A stretch of 64,000 nt of DNA from Octopus vulgaris. Lineage: Eukaryota. Both the position numbers and the translations under genes were made by a program. Positions 40,349-51,036 of this stretch are shown piece after piece. Where the stretch lies: NCBI GenBank assembly GCA_951406725.2, contig OX597822.1, positions 96,720,001 through 96,784,000 of the forward strand, read 5' to 3'. Position 1 is the first letter of the stretch, and the number at the start of each line of letters is the position of its first letter. The notes under the pieces are model-generated. The model was not told the origin of the DNA, made no database searches, and saw only the letters and a program-made list of their open reading frames with translations.

Positions 40349-40387
<39 letters not shown>

Positions 40388-41763
40388 TTTGAAAATCATC
40401 ATCGGACTAATTAACTTCCGTTAAATTTAGCTTCCGTAAATTCAAATCCGTTAACCCCAAAATTTCATAAAAACGTTTAAAAGTTTCTATTGTTTTCAGA
40501 TTGTCTTAGCAAATTTATTACTGTACACGTCATTCTTTCAGCCCTTTTTAGGCCCTTTAGAATTTAAAACTATAAAATCAGCATCTTTTAACTCTAAAGC
40601 GAAAAAAACTATGGTTTTGGGGTTCTAAAGCCCTCAAAAAGGCAAAGAAGCTGAATTTATAGTTTTGGCACTTTGCAACACTTTAGTGTTTAAACTGGCC
40701 AAAAACCATTGTATCTAATTCCTCTACGAAATCTTTTTTAAAAAAGTAAACAAATCGCGTTAGTGAATTCTCGTGGCTTTGAGATAATGTGAGGACTTTT
40801 CTTTCAGAAAGCACAGAACTGGGAGGAAAGAAAAATTAACTGAGGTGGATGTCAACAGAGAAAATATTGACCCGCGAAAAAATAAAGTGGAAAAAATAAA
40901 GGAAGGAAAAAAGTTGGTAAATATTTCGGTGTGAAGGCAAATAGTTGTTACGTAGTAGCCGGTCATGCTAGAAATAGCAACCAAATCGTTCCTTTTCTGG
41001 AAAAAGGAGCCGTTTACGCATGATTTCGGTGTCACATTCATTGAAAGCGTGCAAACTAACCTGAAAAAGAAAAAAAATGACCCGCGAAACAAAACCCCTT
41101 TGGTGGGAAACTTCGTTGTCCTCACCACTCCTCCCACCTTTCTTTTCCGGAAATAAGTGACTTGTGGCGGGTTTGGAGGTCAGATATGTTGAACGCATTC
41201 GAAAAAAAACTGGAAAAAAAATTATTCCACACCGAGCTACGAAATATTTACCGAAAGATAAAAATCTTGTATCGATTATACCCATATTTTAATTAATTCA
41301 AATTAGTGTACCTCATCTTCAAAAGTGGCAAATTTTTTGTCGGTTGCCATCTAGGATAATTTTAGTAACAAATCAAACAGGTAAGATGCATTAAGAATTT
41401 CAATTTTAGCGTTTATCCATGCTTTTACACCTGTTAATTAAATTTACCTGCCCATAAAAGTCAACTATAACCCAGTGGTATATAAAGCACCCTGTGACAA
41501 AATTTTAAATCTGTAAGTCAAAAATTTGCAAAGTTACAAGCAAATAACGAATAAGAATTACATTTGACAGATTAATATGAACATTCAAGATGCTTTTAGG
41601 TAGTTTTTTCTTACACACACACATAACACGGCCTCGCTCGGTTGTGACTACACGTGTGTTACTTTGACATCATTTCATAAAATTTGTTTATAGGGAGAAA
41701 AAGATTGAAAAATATCAATAGATAGGCGCAGGAGTGGCTGTGTGGTAAGTACCTTTCTCACCG

Positions 41764-44189
41764 AACGGACGCGTTTTTTCTTCGCTCCGGCAAATGTCAC
41801 GTTTTAACGTGAATTATTGAACATTTTACGTCAACGGGTGGAACGTTCGAATATTGATGGAAGCCTAGTGAGGTTTATTGCCTGTCGTTAATACTTTTTA
41901 GCATTAACAACGTTATTTAGTGTTAATAATTTTTGCGGGTAATATATTTCACTTTACTTCGAATATTTTTCTACCTGTTGGCGTATTTAAAAGTCTCACC
42001 TTTTAGTGAGAAATTGTGTTTTTTTGAGGAAGGCGTAGCCCCTCCTCAGAAATATTTTTGACTCATTGGAGTACCAATTTTCACACTTGGACTACCACAC
42101 GTGGAATATTGAACTGTTTGGCACAGCAGGTAGGACTGTTTTGAATATTTTTAGAGGCTTGACGAGGTTTATTGCCTGCCATTAATACTTTTTGACGTCA
42201 ACGTTAATTAGCGTTAATAATCTTTTGCGGATAATAGACTTCGCCTTGCTTCGGACATATTTTTTCTGCCTGTTGTATTTAAAATCTCACGTTTTAGTGA
42301 GAAGTGTGTTTTTTGAAGAGGCGTAGCCCACATCAAAAATAATTCGATTCATTGGAGCACCAATTTCGCTTTGGATTACCACACGTGGAATATTGCACCT
42401 TTGGATTACCAGGAGGCACCAAGGATATTCGTGGACTGTTTTTACAAGCACCAGAATTACCAAGGATTGCCGTGACGTTTGGCCTGGACTACCTTTCGGC
42501 CAAAAAAAAATAATTCTTTGCCACATTTGAACTTCTTCCTCTAGCTATCCTTCATTTGAACTCCGAACTGTTTTTATTGTAACTCTCGTTTCCATTTTGT
42601 TTTTTCTTCCCTCTTTCTATTACTTTTGTGTTTTTCCTATTCGAACTTTATTTACATTTTTTGTTAAAAATGGCAAAGGAACTGATTGTTTGGGAGCTAG
42701 AAGCTCCCAAAAAATATGTCAAACAGCTCGAGGATAAGACCGTGGTACTGAGGACTTATTCAAGGTCGCTCAACGCTATCATGGTTTTTCCGAAGGCGAA
42801 AATTATTGAAGAGCTGGCAGACCACATGCCAGCCGTAAAATATATCCAACGGGGAGCCAAATACGCAACGATTTGGTTGCTGTTTGGCTCCCCTAAAGAT
42901 GCTTGCAAGTTTGCAAGCAGGCCCATTGAGGGCAAAGAAATCTTGTTTCTCCCCAGTTACAAGGGAGAAAAATTGACAAGACTGTGGGTCTGCGGCCTGC
43001 CACCCGACATTGAACCCGAGTGGATGGAACACTCTATCCGCCGGGGTCTGGGTGACAGGGACGCAAAAATCCTAAATGTCAATGTACAGCCTGCGGCTGA
43101 TTGGGAGGGGTCTAAGGCAACCTTAACCCTATGGACCCAGTCAGCCAAGAGTCTGGTTTTGCCAGACTTTTTGAGAATGGCCGGGTCCAAGTATCCGGTA
43201 ATGCTTGAGGGACGCCCCCCCAAGTGTCACCTGTGTTTGGAGACCGGCCACATCAAGAAGAGCTGCCCCAGGGACCAGAGTAGGATCCTGGAGCGGCTGA
43301 TATTGGAGCCTCTCCCTGCCTCTTCAATGGAGAGAGAGAAGCAAAGTGAGGAGGGGGAAAAATCCTCCTCCAAAAGAAAGAGAAAGGCGGGGAGCAATGG
43401 CGACCCACCAAAGGACCCGAAAGCTGCGGAAGAGGAGAACCCGGTGCGCACAGCTCCGGAACCTCAGCCTCCCGTGGCCCAGGGCCAGAAGAAAATGAAA
43501 AAGAAAAAGAGAAACGGAGCTTCGCCGGCGGATTGCTACACGCAGACGGCGGTTCCCGAGTATCCCGGGTCCTCTAAGGCGGGTGTGCCGCCTGAGGGAC
43601 TATTCGTGGAAGATTTTGTGCTCCTCTTTTTCAAAGGAAAAAAGGTGGAAAGCACCGTGAAAAAAGTGAGAAAGAGAGGACATTGGGAGGTAATCCGGTC
43701 CTGTGTGGAAAACCCCGAGTGGCCTTCGCAGTTAGCTGCGGGGGTCGTGGGAAGGGCTGATCTACACAGGATCGTGGCTTCCTGCCCGGCAGACTCCTTC
43801 CAGACTATACCACTGGACACCGGCCTGACCAGCGAGTATTGCCTCAATGAGGCAAGAGCAATGGTCGGCCGGGTCACTTAGGCGGTGTAACATCCTTGTA
43901 ACATGTGGAAGAGGAGGTTCGTTGCCTCCTCAAAAATATGTATTTTGATATCATGTGAACATTTTGTAACATTTTGAAGAGGAGGTTTATTGCCTCCTCT
44001 AAAATTTGTAATTTGTAATCATTGTATTAAATGTAATTATTGAACATTGTTTTAGAGAAGCAAAAGTCGGCGGGCGCTTTCTGACTTCTCCCATCACCAT
44101 CTTCATCCACCACCACCATCATCCATTAATGTCTTTGTCCAGCCCGTAGCTACTCTGTGTGCTGCCCTAGTGGCAAATTATTGAAATAA
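41764..44189 (+). mobile_element. ORF1-only non-autonomous non-LTR retroelement (copy 2) inserted in the tRNA-like head of SINE-A
   Basis: The SINE-A head at 41723-41763 stops at ...GGTAAGTACCTTTCTCACC and the SINE resumes at 44190 (AGTAGCTTGCTAACCAACCACATG). Between them lie a ~900 nt 5' UTR with two ~290 bp monomers, one ORF and a 3' UTR ending TTGAAATAA. It is colinear with 35672-37779. Confidence 0.85.
42670..43881 (+). CDS. Intact 403-aa gag-like/LINE ORF1-type protein with a CCHC zinc knuckle
   Basis: ATG at 42670 opens a GC-richer frame containing EGRPPKCHLCLETGHIKKSCP (CX2CX4HX4C), a basic linker (KRKRK, KKMKKKKR) and a C-terminal PEWPSQLA block shared with copy 1. Confidence 0.85.
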   Translation: MAKELIVWELEAPKKYVKQLEDKTVVLRTYSRSLNAIMVFPKAKIIEELADHMPAVKYIQRGAKYATIWLLFGSPKDACKFASRPIEGKEILFLPSYKGEKLTRLWVCGLPPDIEPEWMEHSIRRGLGDRDAKILNVNVQPAADWEGSKATLTLWTQSAKSLVLPDFLRMAGSKYPVMLEGRPPKCHLCLETGHIKKSCPRDQSRILERLILEPLPASSMEREKQSEEGEKSSSKRKRKAGSNGDPPKDPKAAEEENPVRTAPEPQPPVAQGQKKMKKKKRNGASPADCYTQTAVPEYPGSSKAGVPPEGLFVEDFVLLFFKGKKVESTVKKVRKRGHWEVIRSCVENPEWPSQLAAGVVGRADLHRIVASCPADSFQTIPLDTGLTSEYCLNEARAMVGRVT

Positions 44190-44621
44190 AGTAGCTTGCT
44201 AACCAACCACATGATTCCGGGTTCAGTCAAACTGCGTGGCATCTTTCTGATCCGAAACTCCGTTTTCTAGAAACTCTACCCCCGTCCCCTTCCAAACATT
44301 TTGCCTACAGATTTCTTTGTAATCGTAATCTACACCGTTTGAAAGGCATTTGTATAAAATTTCATTAAAAACTACCTATTTTCTAGAAAGTTATGAGGGG
44401 GGAAATGTCGGGTCCTGTGAATTTTCCGAAACTCCTCTCACCAACACCTCGGAAAAATTTTCCAACAAATCTTTACATACACTCAATTTACAGGATATAA
44501 GCAATTAGTTGATGAAAATTTCATTAAAAAGTATCCATTTTTCTGGAAGTTATGAGGCAACAAAATCCGTAGATTATTAAACTGTAGATATGCCTTTTTT
44601 CAATAAAAGTTAACGTTAACG

Positions 44622-44840
44622 CAGTGCTTTTCAAACTTTTTGCTGGAGCAGAACCCCAAGGAAACATTCCACTGGCTCGAGAAACCCCTGTGCAATAATT
44701 TAATAGTCTTATGCACACATAGCTGCACAGGAGAATTAAAAATTACTGCCGATTTTAGCAGTTTTGTAACTTCTTGCGGAACCCCTGGACTGTACTGGCG
44801 GAACCCTAAGGTTCCGCGGAATCCTGATTGAAAACCACTG
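44622..44840. mobile_element. hAT MITE
   Basis: TIRs CAGTGCTTTTCAA / TTGAAAACCACTG with an 8-bp TSD CGTTAACG / CATTAACG. Confidence 0.8.
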
Positions 44841-44916
44841 CATTAACGGATTAAAGATGAACGAAGTTAACTTTTCGATTAACGGTGTCCACCTGTGTAT
44901 GTATACACACACACAC

Positions 44917-44976
<60 letters not shown>

Positions 44977-44984
44977 TTATATAA

Positions 44985-45380
44985 ATGTATTACTTTTTCC
45001 AGTCATTGGACTGCGGCTATTTCATAGCACCACCTTGAAGGGTACAGTCGATCAAATTAACCATCGTACTAATTTCTTTTTAAGCCTGGTACTCATTATA
45101 TCGGTCGTTTTTACCGAACCGCTAAGCTACGGGGACGTAAACAAACCGACACCGGTAGTCAGGTAGGGTGACAAACCCATATACAAAGTCACACTCAGAT
45201 ATATACAGACATGCATGCGCCGATCTCCGTCCAGTTTCCGTCTATCATATCCACCAACAAGACTTTGGTCGACCCGTGGCTATAGTAGAAGACACTCGAC
45301 CAAGATGCCATGCAGTGGGCTTGAACCTAGAACAATGGGTTGGGACACAAACTTCTTACCACAGACCCACTCTTGCGCTG
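44985..45380 (-). mobile_element. Old diverged SINE-A-related copy (similar relics at ~1070, 14115, 21812 and 31570)
   Basis: Degenerate match along the SINE-A consensus. Confidence 0.65.
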
Positions 45381-45410
45381 GTATACTCATACAAACAGTA
45401 TTATACATTT

Positions 45411-45826
45411 AAGGCGGAGAGCTGGCAGAAACGTTAGCACGCCGGGCGAAATACTTAGCGGTATTTCGTCTGCGTTACGTTGTGAGTTCAAATTCCGCCG
45501 AGGTCGACTTTACCTTTCATCCTTTCGAGGTCGATAAATTAAGTACCAGTTACGCACTGGGGTCGATGTAATCGACTTAATACCTATGTCTGTCCTTGTT
45601 TGTCCGCTCTGTGTTTAGCCCCTTGTGGGCAGTAAAGAAATAGGTATTTCGTCTGCCGTTACGTTGTGAGTTCAAATTCCGCCGAGGTCGACTTTACCTT
45701 TCATCCTTTCGGGGTCGATAAATTAAGTACCAGTTACGCACTGGGGTCGATGTAATCGACTTAATACCTATGTCTGTCCTTGTTTGTCCCCTCTCTGTTT
45801 AGCCCCTTGTGGGTAGAAAAGAAATA
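45411..45826 (+). mobile_element. SINE-B tandem dimer with a 12-bp TSD
   Basis: TSD AGTATTATACAT at 45397 and 45827, with an internal junction GAAATA|GGTATTTCG at 45643. Confidence 0.9.
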
Positions 45827-47622
45827 AGTATTATACATAATACATAAACCCGAATACGTACCTGCAAGACACACTTACTAATACCAAAGACGGGAATAGA
45901 AATAAAGAATTAAATAAACGATTAAATAATAACTAAATAAAAGACACGGGTACAAGCCGTGTAGTAAGGAAACTCATATACACGCACACAAAACACATTA
46001 TCACACATACATGCGCATATACACACAGACGCATACACACACACACATACACATACATACACGCACAGAGACACAAACGCAAACGCATGCTCAGGTAAGG
46101 ATACATACCACAGAAAGACAGAATGAATTAAACAGAACAAGAGGAGATTCATGAGTAAAGAGTCGTTGAAGAGGTCGCAGGATGTGCGACGAAAGAGCAA
46201 AGGAGACTAAAATAAGCATAACAAGACCAAGTACATAGTGAGTTTAATTGGCAAAAATACAACCAGCTCCAAAAATAACAATACCTATTTCAACATACGA
46301 TTTTGCAGAGGGATCTTTCAAAACAAATACACAAGCTTATGCATGTATATATAGCTTTATGAAAATAGACAAAAGACGAAGGCAGGTTTACGGAAATAAA
46401 CAAAAGACGAAGGCAGGTGGAATGCAAACAAACAATTGTATTAGTATGGCGCTCAGGAAATATAAATAAAACAAGTCTTTAACGTTTCGAGCCTACGCTC
46501 TTCAACAGAAAGATACACAGAGAAAAAAACACAGAAAGAAGGAGAGAAAAAAATATGCGTGCAGAAGCTAGCGAATCAACATGGCGATCTGATTTCGGCC
46601 AGAAGTCAAAGATCAAACATGAGACGCAAGAGCGAAATTAGGGGAGACAATAGGGTTGAATGACCTCACTCCAACATAAGAGTGTGTGTGTGTGTATGAG
46701 AAGAGTGTGTGTGTGTGTGTGTATGAGAGAGTATTAGTGCGTATGAGAGGTCTGGACGTGTGTATGTATATATGATGTGATGTGTAAAGTCGTATGGTGT
46801 AGTGTAGAGAGAGGAGAAGAGGGGTGAGTAGGTATGTGCATATGTGTATGTATATATGCATATTTTTATACATTATTTATATTATTATATGATCGAACGC
46901 CACGCATCTTTTTCCAAGTAAGTTTTATCTTAATAATTATGATGCGCACTCTTCTATCTTTACTATCTCTTCTCTGTCTATCTCTCTCCCTCTCTTATTC
47001 TTCATCCTTTCTGGTTTTCTCTCCCACCCTTCCCTATTCTTCTCCTCTCCACTTCACCGTTCCTTCTCTCTCACTCCTCCTCCTCGACTCTCTCTCGTCG
47101 CTGACACGTGACGAAAGTGAATCTATCTTTCTGACTACTACCTTCGTAAAAACAACAACGTGCTTATACTGTCCCCTTCATAAGCTCGTCCTCCTAGCGT
47201 TCAGAAGGATTTTTCTATCGTCTTGGCTTAACAGCCCTCGACGTTTGTTTTTACTGTTTTGTTCTCACTGTTCTGTTCTTGTTACCACTTTCACACGCTG
47301 CAAAAAAAAAAAATATTTAATTTGCTTTGCGGGAAGGATTGTTTCAATGAAGTCGCGTCTTGTCCTTACCTTCGAACGCGGACTAGATGAAACAGGGACA
47401 ACTGAAGAAGGAGAATATTCTTTATATTTTATGTCACGTTTCTCTGTTTGTTTTTCGTTGTTCGAAAAAAAGTTCGTTTCTATGTTTTTGTACTTATGTT
47501 TTCGTTTCTCACTGTGTTCAACGTTTCTTTGATGTCCTGTACCCATATATGTATGTATGTATACATATATATGTAGGTATGTACATATATGTATGTATAT
47601 ATGCATATATTTATATATTATT

Positions 47623-47689
<67 letters not shown>

Positions 47690-47699
47690 CGTATATATA

Positions 47700-48589
47700 T
47701 AGCGCGCGTAAAGTATTTGAGGACATATTTTGTGGGGGATCATTGCTGCCTTTTTTGCTAACTCTGTAGAATCTTTGTTTCAAAAAATAATAATAGCAGA
47801 CCCTCAGCTTACTCAAGAAATGAAGAGGCATGCTGTTGTTGTGGTTATAAAGGCTGAGCATAGTGATTTAGAAATATCTCGATTTTTAAAAGTTGCCAGA
47901 TCTTTCGGCTACAAAGTTTGTAAGGAGTTAGAGACTGAAGATGGAAACGTATCACCAGTATCAAAGCATAAAAAGCATTCTAAACGCTCTGAAATCATCA
48001 GAACACCTGAATTTATCCAGCAAGTTCAACAGATCATTGATTACAATCTCAGAAAGTCTATGGGGTCAATTGCAAAAGATCTTCATGTGTCAGAAGAATC
48101 AGTCAGAAATGTTGTCCACGAAGACATCATATATAAGTCTTACATGATGAGGGAAGGTCAATTTGTCAGAAAAAGCACACCAGATCTAAAAGGCTCTTAA
48201 GCAAACTGAAAAATCCATCAGAAAAAGATTTGATTTGGTTTTTCTCAAACGAGAAAAACTGCGACCAAGATCAAAAAGTTAACAGAAGAAATGACAGATG
48301 GTTATGTGCAGACTCTTCTGAAGTTCCAAGTGTTATAACACCAAAGATTCCTGAAAGCTGCCATAGTCAGAGTAATGTCTAAAAGGAACCAGGACCACTT
48401 GATTCGAGCATGATTTAGATTTCATATAGAAGCAGTTGTTGAAGATGAAGGTGGCTTTATTGAATAACATTATAGAAAGGAAGGTTTATTTTTATCCTCA
48501 TAGCATTTTTTGATAAACAAAGTTATCTGTTATTATATATCTGTATTTCTATAAACATAAATCTGTCCTCAAATATCTTACGCACCCTA
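47700..48589 (+). mobile_element. Internally deleted Tc1/mariner transposon (maT/DD37D-like)
   Basis: TIRs GCGTAAAGTATTTGAGGACATATTT / AAATCTGTCCTCAAATATCTTACGC in a TA context. The HTH ORF at 47730-48200 is followed by WFFSNEKN..VNRRNDRWLC. Confidence 0.8.
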
Positions 48590-49391
48590 TATACATATAT
48601 ACTACAAAATGTGACCGCGTGTGTACCGTTGGCGATTTTTCCCTCTGTCTTCCCTTCCTTAGATCTTTCCTTTTCCAATGTTTCTGACGAAGAGCTCCGC
48701 TCGAAACGTTAAATCCTCCTTCATTCTTTCCTTTCCTGAGGGTCCAATAACACTATACTTGTTCCACGTCCTCGCGTTGTTGTGTTTTCTCTTTGTGTTT
48801 TCATGTTTGGATTAACTATATATATATTTCCGCTACTGTCTCTCTCGCCTGGCTCTTTCAAAGTAATGGACGTCACTCTTTTTCCTCCGCTCGTCGTCCA
48901 TAAAAAATTCTGCGTTTGTAATACTTTTTTTCGTTCGGCGTCAACAGCCCTTCTTATCTTGTTTTCCCTGTCCTGGCTTCTACTGTTTACAATTTGCACT
49001 GTCGTTACTGTCCTGTTGTTACTAATTTTTACCCCTCTGCAAAAAGATCTCAGAATTTTAATTGATTTGCTTTTCGCAGGAAGGAAAGTTTTCTTGTCGA
49101 AGATACGTCTCGCTTTTACCCTTCGAAACGTAGAGTAGATGAAAGCTTTAGCGACTGAAGAAGGGGTTTTTTCTTTGTGTTAATTGTCCTGTATTCTATT
49201 TTTTTTTTTGTTGTTTTTAAATATATGTCCAGTTCCTTTGGTTTGTGTCTATGTTTTCGTTTCTCATTGTGTTCGACGTCCTTTTTGGTGTCCTGTACTC
49301 ATATATGCGTGTATATGTACATGTAGAGGTAGGTACGTACATATATGTTTATATATATATATGCATATGTTTTATTTTATTTATTAATATA

Positions 49392-49456
<65 letters not shown>

Positions 49457-49624
49457 AGATAGGTAGATAACACAATTATATATGTGTATGTTTGTGTGTA
49501 TGTGTATGTGTGTCTGTGTCTGTGTGCCTGTGTGTGTATGTGTGTGTGGACATATGTATGCATGCTTGTACTTATGGGACGCTTGTATTGTAAAGAGGTG
49601 AAAAAAAGAATCCAGTACGTGTGT

Positions 49625-49655
<31 letters not shown>

Positions 49656-49695
49656 GGTGTTGTTTGAATTTACATTTGTCACATTAATTGCTTTT

Positions 49696-49763
<68 letters not shown>

Positions 49764-49872
49764 TCCTCAGATTCTGGTTACACTCCACTTAACAAACGTA
49801 GCGAGGAAGATTAAAGACTGAAAAATGTATAATCCCAAACAAAGTTAATTTACATGACGAAACTAAATTACT

Positions 49873-49903
<31 letters not shown>

Positions 49904-50244
49904 TGTGTGTATGCATTTCTGCTGTGTGTATGTGAGTGTATGTGTGTGCGTTCATGCGCGCGCGCGCGTGTGTATGTGTGTAGTGTGTAGGTGTACTACA
50001 ATACGAAGTAATAAAGGCTCGAGAATTTCCCTGCACAGCACTCAATAAAAACTGAATAATAATTTAAAAAAAACAGACCAGAGGCTCCGGCAGGGGGTGG
50101 TGGCGACCCCTGTTGTACTCTTTCGCACCTGCTTTCTCTTCTGCGGGGTCTTACGAATAGCAAAGGACCACGTTTAGGACTTCTCCCACCTTGCGAGCTC
50201 TGGGACGAAGACCGCTTCGCTCAACAAACAAGCAAACAAGTGGC

Positions 50245-50307
<63 letters not shown>

Positions 50308-50317
50308 CGTGGTCGTG

Positions 50318-50408
<91 letters not shown>

Positions 50409-51036
50409 GCAGAATTGTTGCCTTTCAAAATGCCTTACGGTGTTTAGTATCACCTGTGTACATTCTGAATTGTTCTAATCCTGGAGTGAGAAAAAAATCA
50501 GTCAAATACTGGAATCAAATCAGTCGAGTCGGGATTTCCTAAAAATATTTCTGGTACTTGTGCAGCAATGAACGTCAAAAGGCCGTGAAGGACGACTTTG
50601 AGGTTCATCTTTTCAAGATCGACAAAATCGATTTCGCTTTCCCCTCAAAATGTTTTTCCCGGGCCGTGTACCAAAATGAGAAAGAATTGATATTATCATT
50701 ATTGGTCAATAAAATAAAGTAACAGTCAAGTACATTGGTCGATATAATCAACTAATCCCGTCCTCTGAAATTGCTGGCCTTGTGCCAAAATTTGAAGCAT
50801 TAGTATCATTGTTGTTATTATTATCATTATTTTCATTAGCACCTTCTTTCAATTCTGTTTCCATTTTTTGTCGGGCGTCTACATGACACCCGAGGCAGAG
50901 AAACGTACTGTATACATTGGTAGACCTTTAAAACAAACACGTCATGTGATAGAGAAAAGGGGGAAGACAGAGGGGGAAAAGAAAAGAGAACAAATAAAGA
51001 AGTAAGCAAATAAAGGGCAAAAAAGGAAAAGAAAAT

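Noticed and set aside
40385-41700. Unique-looking 1.3-kb block with short ORFs
   Set aside because: No TIR pair, TSD or protein motif was identified. It is probably an unclassified TE fragment but cannot be supported.
35672-44189. The two zinc-knuckle units as LTR-retrotransposon gag, as the two LTRs of one element, or as host ZCCHC genes
   Set aside because: There are no TG..CA LTRs, PBS or pol. Each unit is separately bounded by halves of a SINE and is intronless, and the two are too diverged to be paired LTRs.
46834-47532. 232-aa hydrophobic ORF as a membrane protein
   Set aside because: It derives from CT-rich low-complexity sequence within a repeat family and has no domain motifs.
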